DNA of 64,000 nt from Fistulifera solaris (taxonomy: Eukaryota). The stretch lies in assembly GCA_030295235.1 (NCBI GenBank), contig AP026148.1, positions 62,001-126,000 of the forward strand. Reading direction: 5' to 3'. The translations under genes and the position numbers were made by a program. This document shows positions 47,657-58,429 of this stretch, piece after piece; the first letter of the stretch is position 1, and each line of letters starts with the position of its first letter. Under the pieces are notes generated by a model. The model was given only the letters and a program-made list of their open reading frames with translations, made no database searches and was not told the origin of the DNA.

Positions 47657-48863
47657 TCATGCTAAGTCGCGATCTTTTCGGGTATCCTTTGGCTGCGTCT
47701 TCTCGAGTATCTTGCTGCAAACTTTCCAGGCTTGAACTGATGTTGTGTGTAACGAGCACACGGTTCGTTGCAGTTGCTGCTGTTGTCGAAGAGACTGGTC
47801 ATGCGAATAAGCCATTTGTCGCAACTCATGATGGAGCTTATGCATCTCATGTTGAAGCATCATAATTTGATTTTCTTGACGCTGCAACCGATCTTGTAGC
47901 AAAGTGATTTGGTTTTTCCTGACCATTATGAAATGGAAGATATAATGCGCGAAGCTGAGACTGAAGGAACTCTAATGATTGAGCTTGACCTGGAAACTCA
48001 CCGTTAATTAACGGTCCGAACTCATTCCCGGACGCAATATGACCCTGAGACCCATAGAATGGCTCAGCAATTCCCCCTGGGCAGATGGGTTTGGTTTGGC
48101 ATGCCTCCCGACGGCACAGCGTATCGTTGACTCGTGAACCTTTGTTGCACTGAGATCGGACGAATGGGCACTTCTCCTTGAAGTCTGCTTTTCGGTACAT
48201 CAATGGTTTCCGTAGAGTCTTTGTTCCTTGATTCGCGGTTGACAATCTTTTCTCGGGAACGTATGTCGGCTATCGCTGTCGCCCCGGACGGCTCCTCACC
48301 CGATGAATCCAAGAGATAAATTGTCGTTTTGCGCTTCCGTCGGTTGCTCTCCGTATCGTTCGCCTTTTTCTACTCGAAAACGGCATCTTTGCTTTTCTTC
48401 TTGTCAGTAGTGCTGCTCTCCTGCACATAGCACAAACACATTTGTAGGTCGCGAAGCTGGCACTGAATGACCTCCATTTGTGCTGCCAGATTTGACTCGC
48501 TTCGCCTCCGTTGTTCAAAGGCCCAAATTCATTGAGAGAGAGGCTGCCGAGTCCCGTGATGCTTAAGTTTCCGTCTACATTGTTTTGGTTGGTTATGCCT
48601 CTTAATTGTGGACGGCTGAATCCATGCACGTGGTGCAAGAACTTGAGTAGGTCGTAGTATTGAGATTGAAAGATTTCTAGCTGTTGCACCACACTCGATT
48701 GAAAGCGACTTGCATATGCTTCGGTGTTCAACGAAACAAATCCATTTAGGGGGACACCATATTTGTGAGGCCCACCGATGAATCCTGCTATTCGGAAGCC
48801 TCTGTCCGTGCTGTTTTGGTTAGAAATGCCTCCCAATTGTTTTGCGACTCTCTGTTGATTCAA
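47657..48863 (-). CDS. Hypothetical protein, fragmented across frames, with internal NEFGPL repeats and C-terminal coiled coil
   Basis: Consecutive minus-strand ORFs (48270-48863, 48064-48312, 47847-48245, 47657-47926) share the repeated motif NEFGPL(N/I)NG and LE(I/F)xQSQ, and end in heptads (LQDRLQRQENQIMMLQHEMHKL). May extend further upstream. Confidence 0.4.
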
Positions 48864-49632
48864 TCCTTGCTCAAAGGAGCCGGATTCTGAACATGGGGTT
48901 GCTGAGCGGATTCCGGATCGTCACCATTGATGGAGGGGTGCGGCTTGCTGTCTTCCCTTCGAGTTAGCGACATCTTTCTCTGATACTTTATCTATTTGGA
49001 TTTTTGGCTTCTTCGGTCGTTGAGATTTGCTTTTACTTTGACAATTATTATCTTCACGGTCTTTTTCATTTGATTCACAATCAAAAATCTGCTTTCGGGC
49101 GCCGAAGAATCTGTGTCCGGTGGCCGAAAATTCTCAATCATTGTCGGACGATTCCTGCAGCTGTACCACGCCGCGCTTCTTTTTGTCGTTATTGATCGCA
49201 TTTATCAGCTTGGGATCAGAAATGACTCGAACACAGCTCTCTTTCTTATTTGTAGTAGTGCAGGGTGCGCTGGACGTATCCATGTTGGCTCTGATGGGTT
49301 TAAAATAGAGCGAAGTGAGCTGTCGTTTTCAATCCAATCACAACACACCAGTAGTGGTGCGGAAACTATAAGTAAGTAGCTGCATGAATTCATACAATTG
49401 TTGCATGGCATGATGCGGAACGAGTATTTCCCGTGGACGCTGAGGCGGGAGTCGCCTTCAAGATGTCGCCGAATGTCATCCATTCCCATCTGTATTGACG
49501 TACCTGGACGCTTGTGCCTTATTCCTAATCATCGTTCTCTGTATCAAAGAGTCTTTCAAATGAGAAAAGATGATTTTTGAGCAATAAAGGATTTACTTGT
49601 ACACGGTCGAGTGCTCGTCGTGAAGAAAAATG

Positions 49633-49693
49633 AATGATGACGATGATGATGATAATGATGATGATAATAAAATGATGATAATAATGATGATGA
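49633..49693. repeat. Imperfect (GAT/AAT)n microsatellite
   Basis: GATGATGACGATGATGATGATAATGATGATGATAATAAAATGATGATAATAATGATGATG-like tract. Confidence 0.85.
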
Positions 49694-50169
49694 GAGATCC
49701 TCGCATCTGACGAAAGAAGGGCGAAACGATTGTATCCCGTTTACGCAAACTCGTGTTTAAATGAACTCGGTGCGACGGTCATTTGCTAGGATGTGACACA
49801 CACACTGTTATTGTACGCGAAAAACTTAGACGTGGATACCGAAAGCCCATCAATACCGTTTGGGACTCTTGCTCCCTACTCGGTACTGGAAAATTGAAGT
49901 TTGACAAAGAAATAGTACTAAGAATTTAGAAACGATGCTGTTTCCGTCACAGGAGGCAGTACCGATACTTGTAGTTGTCGTGCGAATTTGTCTTTCAAAG
50001 TCCGAAATTTTGAAGTCAACGGTCACATCGCGCTGACAAGGGCACAAGCAACGGCGCACTTCGTATGCGGCAACTAAAACGAAAAAGTCACCACGGAAAA
50101 AAAGAAAGCACAACAACAATAACGACCGAGAGCCTCGCAGTGCTTTAAATAAACACTTCCACAATCAAC

Positions 50170-51700
50170 ATGACTTGTTGTTCGTTTATCAGTATATCAA
50201 TAGCTATAATATCAGCGAGTCTGTTCGCACCGAGCTGTCTCGTTGTGGTCGTTACGGCACAAGAAGTTCAACAACCGACCTACGATTGTCGAACAGGATG
50301 TAGTTTAGATGCCAACATCAATGGACCTCCCGTTTGCGGCATCGATCAACTGACTTATTTAAATGAATGCTTAGCGGTTTGTCAGAATGTGGCGATCGTA
50401 CATTACGGTCCCTGCGATCAGGATGGTTCGCTTTCCGAAAGTGAGCTCTCCACCGATTCGGAGGTAGTTACTATGGAACTCATGACACGTTTCATATCAC
50501 GAGGATATCGTTTCGTGTCAAAAAACACCAGATTTCTTAGTCAACCAGAGAATACAGAAGAGTCGGTTGTTGTAAACGAGGCCGAAAGCGCGACTGTTAG
50601 GGTTGTGGAAGACATTGAGCCGTATTTTGTTCTATTCACTCCCGATGGATATGAATACGCCTATCGTACCACTGACTCGTTGCCTTCGTATCCTGGACCG
50701 ACACCGCTGTATATGGGCATGCAGCAGCTGCGGCGACGTTACCTAGCTATCATCGGGGCCGACACCCGCACTGCCATTTCAAATACCCAAGCCTATCCGT
50801 ATCGGACGATCGGCGAGGCCGACTTTGGAACGCTCGAAGGCGGCTGCACTTTAACCATGATTTCGCGGAATGCGGCTATCACAGCTGGGCACTGTGTCTA
50901 CAATTACCAGAACAAAGTTCCTATTCAAATGAAGCGCATTGCGCCGGGAAGGTATAGAGACAGTTCCGGTAACACGGTCGAACCATTCGGTACCTGGGAA
51001 GTTGAAACTATGCAAACCTTTGGGCAATTCAAATCCACGGGAAACATGACGTTCGATATGGCAGTGGTGACCTTCCAACCAGAGACACGTGACAACATGC
51101 AGAACTGCCCTTATGTGTATCCTGGAGACGTTGTGGGGTTTTTGTCATTAGATAGAGCGCAAACGAGCGGAGGACGCATCAGTGATAGTCGACTGGCGTC
51201 TTCCACGATTACCGGATATCCTGCAGACTTTCCGAACGGCGTCATGGCAACTTCAGGGACCTGCTCCAAAGGTAAGTTTTATGTGATTCGACTCAGTTGC
51301 GGCGTGGCTCTACGAACCGTTACCCTCACTCTTTGCATTTCCCAAAGCATGGCATTCTAATCATGAACAATTCGCCTACCATTACTGCGATACTTTCGGC
51401 GGGAACTCGGGCTCAGCCGTCATTACGAGCGGAAACGTCGTAATAGGAGAACATGCTTATGGTTTCTACGACAACAATAACGTCGCGTTGAATAACGGAG
51501 CCGTTATGCTAACAGGTCAACTCTACGACTCGGTTTATGATTGGGCTGGCTTGGGAATTTCACAGGAAGCTTGTGGATTCATCGCAGGACCAGAACCTAG
51601 TGCTGATTGTCTGTGTACTCAATTTGAGGACCGATGGTTTCTTCAAATCGTGTGCTTCATTTTGAATCGCGACACATGTTTCCGGAGAAACGCCAACTAG
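50170..51700 (+). CDS. Kazal + glutamyl-endopeptidase-like serine protease, copy 7
   Basis: Signal peptide; intron-less Kazal; RYL|AIIGADTR; ITAGHC / FDMAVV. Intron 51272-51347, then YHYCDTFGGNSGSA, continuing into the 51488-51700 ORF. Confidence 0.88.
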
Positions 51701-52349
51701 AGAACTGGTGAAAATTTAAAGGAATGCAAAGGCGCAGACCGCCAGCGATAGATTTTCCCTTACTTTTCTTATTGAACGCCGTTCTAATGACTACTAAATA
51801 TCTCTCGACTGAGTGACCGACAGAAACACGTCGTAATGGAAAACAAACTATTATATAAGTCGCTATGATTGCGCACCATGATAACTGATGAACTGTCTAG
51901 TGCGTTCATAGTAAGGTCAAAAGCCCACAAATTAAGAAAGCAGAACCCAAAGGCCATGAACATTTGTTTCGACTAGTCTATTGTGTTTTCGGCACTACGA
52001 GGCCCAAGTAAACCTTCACCTACACAAACCATCGGTAGAATAAAAATGCTAGCTATTTTTTAGTGCAAAGATGAACGCAGATCGATCGATGTCCAATCGA
52101 ATGAGTCGAATCAAGCAAGACACATAGCTTCCTTGTTGTACACCATGAAACATCGTCACTTTGTTTGTTTGGAAGTAATACGAGTAGCTAGTAATATGAC
52201 AATCTCTCTATTAGGTGGATTAAGCAATGGTGGTCTTTGTACACAGGAATGAAGCAACAACAAACGTAGAAAAAGTGTCGTGGAGTATTGGCATGACTGA
52301 TCTAATGGACACAACCGAATGGGACATTAAAGCAGGGACGTGTGCTTCT

Positions 52350-53429
52350 CTAAAGTTTCTCCAAAAGCCACATGCCGACATGACCGGGAACAAGGTTTTC
52401 GTAGCTCTTGAGTCGGAAGCCTTTTGCGTTGCCCAATTGATTATGAATGTTTCGTTGATATTCGAGAACGTACGGTTCACCCGCCAGCATCGATGGAGAT
52501 GGCTCGTAATCGGTGGTAATGTCGATAACGGCGAGAAGCGCTCCTTTCTGCAACAATCGATTGCTTTCAGCTACAATTTTTTCTCGTCCTTCCAATGGAA
52601 TTTCGTGAAAACCGTACATGATGGTCACGAGATCATATGACGCTTCAGGAAGGTTGGTCTGTTCAGCATTGACTTGCTTGAACTGTAGTTGCTTCTCGGT
52701 TTCCTCGACTGTTGATGTTTGGGGTCCAAACCACGAACGAAGATCGAGTTTGCTGCGCATGAGTTGTTTCGCCGACGAAATGTGTCCCACCATAAAGTCA
52801 GCCATGGAAACCATTTCGGCCGATGTATCGACACCAATGATCGACTGCGCCTTGGGGAAATTCGCATAAAGTTCTCGTGTCGAAGTACCAACACCGCAAC
52901 ATAGATCCACAATCTTGGCTTGTTCCGGAACTATTTCCGCGAGACGGCCGCAAACCTAATGAGCGGAGAGTAGCAGACCGGTAGGTGAGTTACATTAGCT
53001 AGACGAAAAACGTGTCATTTCCTTCTTCTTTCAGTTCATACGCACCTGCTTTCGAACATTGACTCCATCGTACGCCACAAAGTCAATGAGTTTCGTGACT
53101 CCAATAGCCATGGCGGCATGCAAAGCACCAGTCGGGCCGGTATTGCCGAGACTGTGAATGCGCTGATCGAACCAGTATTCACGGCATGTCATTGCTGCCG
53201 ATTGAGAGTCGTCTTCGTCTTTGGTACGAAACTTGGGTAACAGGGAAGGATGAATACCCGTAATCGAAGCCTTATTGTAGTAGTGATCGTGTTCAATCAT
53301 GGCTCCTTGTAGAACACGTCCTTGTTCTTTTCGAATGACTGGTTTGTTGGGTTCAAATGCGGTCACCTGATAGTGACAACTCGTCCCGAGCAATGCTCCA
53401 AGAGTAAGAATAGAGAACGATATTTTCAT
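52350..53429 (-). CDS. Class I SAM-dependent methyltransferase (UbiE/MenG-like fold) with N-terminal signal peptide; one intron
   Basis: Exon 1 53429-53046, intron 53045-52956, exon 2 in frame. Motif I IVDLCCGVG, IIGVDTSAEMV, NAEQTNLPEASYDLVTIMYGFHE, NRLLQKGALLAVID. Confidence 0.85.
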
Positions 53430-54878
53430 GTTGCGTGGGTCTGCGTTTAGTTTGTGTGGTTAGTAGAAAAGGAAAAAGGCGATTGTAAGGGTTCTAATGA
53501 TGGAAATGATACCCCCAAAGTCAGGAAGAACAAAGCAATGATCGATTTTTCAAAGAACAATTCTCAAACGAAGGGATTCGAACAAGAATGAAATAGAAGA
53601 ATGAAACAGACAGCCAATGAGAAGGCTTCAACCCGAGATGACTTACCTGGATTCATTCGCTTTCAATGCAGAACAGTTTCGAGCTTATCCATCAACAAGA
53701 AATGACATTTATGTTCTCGTTTTGGTTTCCACACCGAAGGAATTCTTTCCAAACGGTGCCATCATCCATCAAAACCGAACATCAACAAAAAAAAAGAAGA
53801 AAAAAAAGGCGCGAGCGTCTCACGAATGGACCAGACGAGGTGTCTCGGCCAATGAGTACGATCTTCTCTGTTTCTGCCGTGGACGAGCGTCAACCGCATT
53901 GGGCCCAGTACAGAACAGTCGATACGGTACTCTGACATCTCTCGTAGGCTGTAGTTGATACTCCCAGTTCGGTATTTGGGTAAAACTTCGGAAATGCTGA
54001 GTCATTCGGAAATCGGAAACCGTTGTCATCAGCCCCCAGCCCCTCTCCCCTCTCCAATTTGCTGTCATCATTGCCATGGGCCATGGTACCAGGTACCGGT
54101 ACTCCGAGCTGATTTCACAAGTCAGCAGTCGGATTTAGTGCCGGTTTCACAGTTGACACGCACACTCCCAGATGAAACGGTACTACCAGGTACAAAACGT
54201 GCTCAAGAGAGAACGCTTTGAAGTTTCGTGAATTGCGAATTGAGTAATGCGAAAAAAAAGGTGATGTTGTGAGTGCTGTTTTAAAATGACCCAAGAAAGC
54301 AATCGAGATGAAAAGAACGAAATAGAGAGAGAGAGAGAGAGGGACTTCAATAATTTATTAAAGCGTCGATGACGACGCAATAAATGGGAATGTTGTAACA
54401 TTAACTCCAAAGGGCAAACGCCAACTCACCACCTCAGTTAAGGTTGATCTTGCGTGGATTTCCCAGCTAGAAAGCTCCAATGCAGATGAACATTATGTCA
54501 TAGTCTCACCGGCAATTTCGTGGTAAATAAAGTTGATTGTTGTCGAGCCAATGCTATCAATTAAGTCGATTGAAAAAGATCCTAACGGGCTAACACTAGC
54601 GCTAGTGGAGGAACACCACGAATTATCATGTGAAGTCGGGTCAAGTCTTGTGATGTATATCAAGTCTTCTTCAAAAGCTTATACCCATTTTATGTATCTC
54701 GTATTGTGTGTTTCGTTTCCGTTGGGATTGACAGAATGCTTCTACCTGCCATCACAAAAAAAAAATCGGGACGCTCTTTTCTCACCAACACCATCGTCTT
54801 TCTTTTCGTTACAATTCATTTCCTCGAAAAAAACAAAAAAACAATCAGGATTGATTACTCACTTGACAAGAAACAGAG

Positions 54879-56572
54879 ATGAACTCCGAGGCTTTTACTG
54901 TTAATACAGTGGAAGAGAAAAAGACCGCAGATCACGACGACAATATGTCGTTGTTGTTCCGCGAAGAGCACGACTTGATTGGGGATGAACTCGTCCCCAT
55001 CGATGCCTATTACGGTATACAAACACTCCGTGCGATGCGCAATTTCGATATCACCGGTGTTCCTATTTCACATTTCCCACAGCTGATCCGTGCACTGGCC
55101 ATGGTCAAAAAAAGCAGCGGGGCTCGCGAATATGGAATTGGGGCATTTATCGAAACGAAAAGGCAACGCGATTGTTGCGGCGTGCGATGAAGTCATTGAA
55201 GGAAAACTGCACGATCAGTTTCTCGTCGATTTGATTCAGGGAGGAGCCGGGACTTCGACGAACATGAATATGAATGAAGTCATTGCCAATCGAGGATTGG
55301 AGATTATGGGTTACAAAAGGGCGAGTATCATCATTTGCATCCCAACAACGATGTCAACATGTCGCAATCGACTAATGATGTGTACCCTACGGCGGCGCGT
55401 CTGGCGATGGTCTTTAGCGATGATCCCCTCATCGAAGCTGTCGCGAGATTGCGGGAAGCATTGGATAAAAAAAGCAGAAGAGTTTGATCATGTTCTAAAA
55501 CTAGGACGAACGCAATTGCAAGATGCCGTGCCCATGACACTCGGCCAAGAATTCCATGGATGGAGTGTAACGTTGGGAAAGGACATGAAGAGTATGCAAG
55601 AAGTAGCACATGAGTTCTCGGCAGTCAACCTAGGAGGCACCGCCATCGGAACCGGCCTCAACACAGACCCCAAGTACATTTACTTGGTCATGAAGAAACT
55701 GCAACAAGTGACGGGCGTCAATGTCGTGAGTTCCAGTGATCTGATCGAAGCGACATCCGACATGGGAGACTTTATTACTTTTTCCGGTTTGCTGCGCCGT
55801 CTTGCCGTCAAATTGTCGAAGATTGCCAACGATCTCCGCCTCTTGTCGAGTGGACCTCGTGGCGGTTTCAATGATATCAACCTTCCCGCCATGCAGCCTG
55901 GATCTTCCATCATGCCAGGAAAAGGTAAGTTTGTTGAATGTTCCGACTTAATAACTCTATTTTAACTAACACAACACGGCTTTATCGTTTGCAACAGTCA
56001 ATCCCGTCATTCCGGAAGCAGTCAATCAAACAGCATTTCAAGTGATTGGAAATGACTTGGCCATCACCATGGCAGCGGAAGCAGGTCAATTGCAGCTCAA
56101 TGCTATGGAACCCGTCATAATTTACAACCTGCTGTCGAGTTTGCGCATGTTGACGAATGCGTGTGACATGTTCACCGAGCGTTGTATCAAAGGAATTACC
56201 GCCAATGTCGACAAATGCGAAAAGATGGTTCGCGACAGTATTGGTATCGTAACGGCATTTTCACCATTTATTGGGTACGAAAAGTCTTCGCAGTTGGCAA
56301 AACAAGCTTTACAGACTGGTCGGAGTGTTGTGGACATGATCAAGGAAGACAAACTGTTGGACGAAGAGAAGATTGAAATCATCATGCGCCCGGCGAATTT
56401 GACCGGGCCTAGCTCGTTGTTTAGCGAATCTCAGCTGAAAACGGTGGACAAGACGGGTACGCATCTTCGTCAGAGTTCCTTAGCAGACTTTCGTGCTTTG
56501 GAGAAGGAAACGAAGGGTGCTGCAACACACGTTCGTTACTACTCGTTGGCCGATTTGAGCGCCATCCAGTAA
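54879..56572 (+). CDS. aspA: Aspartate ammonia-lyase (aspartase); one intron, apparent homopolymer frameshifts
   Basis: REEHDLIG...YYGIQTLRAMRNF; QGGAGTSTNMNMNEVIANR (aspartase-type rather than fumarase TGSGTQ); GRTQLQDAVPMTLGQEF; NLGGTAIGTG; GSSIMPGK|VNPVIPE split by intron 55925-55997; AEAGQLQLN. Frame changes near 55110, 55318 and 55470. Confidence 0.9.
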
Positions 56573-57001
56573 CGCGAAAGATGCGTTCAAAAGCAAGTCT
56601 CAATCATAAAATGGAAGTCCAGTGTATGGCTCTCACATAAATACAATAGATAATTACAGAACTAGAGTAAAGAAAGGATAGACAAGCAAAAAATAGGCAA
56701 CTCAAAGAATGCTTTTTTTTGTGGAACGGATCCTCAAAACCCATCCAGAAATAGTGATTTGTTAAGTGGTAAGCATAGCCTGAGTGAAAGTTTCTGTCTA
56801 ATCTTAGTTTATAATTTATTTAAGCTCCTTGTTATAGCATTTCAGAATGATTCAAAGGCTACCTATGATTTAGTATAGCTCAAAGTGTTGACGACGTTTC
56901 GCCATGACTGAAATGCCGTCTTGAGACACGAATTAGCGCCGCGCTTAATTCATCGCTATGTTTTATTGCGTGGATGTTGTTGTTGACCTGAAAAGATAAC
57001 T

Positions 57002-58235
57002 ATGATCATTGATCCTCTACTACGGTGGATCTTCCAACCGTTGTTCTTCACTCAATCGCTTTGTACATCCCCGACGGCGTTTCGTTGTGTTGCTTCGAGA
57101 GCACTTGTCAACAGACTCGTCCAGCTGTGAGAAGCACAACAGCTCCGTGGAATACACTTTATTGCCAACGATGGAGCTATTTGAACGGCGAGCCTCCGTT
57201 TGATAGACAGGCGTACGGGGGCGGCATTTGAAAGATCAACGAGCTCGCAAGGTGTTTCAGCATCTGATTCAGCGTTCTCTCGAGCCTTCCGATTGCGATC
57301 ATCACGAAGCGGCTATGGATGAGGCGGCCGCTGACCAAACCACATATCATTTTTATGACATGTGGAAAGAACTAATTGACGTCTGTTGGGAATTTTACGA
57401 CCGAGCCATGTCGGAAAGTGAGCGTGAAATAGCCCGTACTCTGTTGACGCATCAGCAGTTTGCTTCTCTTTTTATTGAGCTCGCGCATAATGTTTCCGCA
57501 CGTCATCCAAAATCTTCTCTCGATCGCATAGAAGAATTCGCCATCCGGGCATGACTTTGCGAGGAAAGAGATTCGAGAGACTTTGAATGTCATAGCACAA
57601 GCAGCTCACACACGTGCAGGCAACACCAAAAATGCTGCTCGATCGTTGAAGCTATCAGTCAGGTAATCTTTCAAGAACAAGGGTTTTCGGCAACTATGGT
57701 AGAAGATTGCCGGGTTGACGATTTTATGATGCACGTTGCGTTGCAGCGTAAACAAGCTTATTCTGTGATGCTCGCTCTTGTGTACCTCTGCGTAGCGCAA
57801 AGACTGGATCTAAAACTCGACATTGTTGCTCTACCGGGTCTTGTCTTAGTGGGTGTTCGCACTGCGAAGTGCTTTATCGACGTGGAAAATGGTGGACGCG
57901 TGCTACAAAAGAGAGATCTTGTAAGCATTTGCAATTATCGCGGTGTTCCTTTTATGGAGCATTTTGTTACCTCGGTGCCTTCCCATGAAACGTTTGATCT
58001 CATCTGTACCGGAATGATGCAGGGTATTGGTAACGCCGATGAGGCGGGTGAGGAGTTCAAAGAAACGACTTTGTTACGCATGCTCATGAGAACAAATTTG
58101 AAGATGATGGTGCATGAACCTTACGAGTCCGACAAAATCTTGAAACATTGTTTGGAGACTTTGTCTCGCAGATGGATATTGATCATGAAGTCGCTTCATT
58201 GTCATCAAAGAGTGAAACGCATCTGTTTTCTCTGA
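57002..58235 (+). pseudogene. Decayed paralog of the F-box/SirB1-like gene at 59372
   Basis: Fragments DLPTVVLHSIALYIPDGVSLCCFESTC, PWNTLYCQRWS, FDRQAY, LLTHQQFA and HVALQRKQAYSVMLALVY...LPGLVLVG...DVENGGRVL are collinear with the 59372 protein but spread over several frames. Confidence 0.7.
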
Positions 58236-58429
58236 AGTCTACGGTAACGGTAATTACTATATCCTACCAGAACGATCTAGCTCAACAACTTTGAAAAAAA
58301 AAACAAGAAAGCATCGGTAACTTTGTGACATGTATCGAGAAATAGATCAACTGTTTTTGTTGATGGAAAAACGAAATTCACTGCCTTCAAAATTTCTAGA
58401 ACGTACACAGAGTTCCCGCTTTCCAAACA

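Noticed and set aside
55100..55475. Programmed ribosomal frameshifting in aspartase or myosin
   Set aside because: Shifts go in both directions, occur in many unrelated genes at base runs, and show no consistent slippery site plus structure. Sequencing error is simpler.
54879..56572. Class II fumarase
   Set aside because: The GGAGTSTNMN and GRTQLQDA motifs fit aspartase better than fumarase (TGSGTQ, GRTHxQDA).
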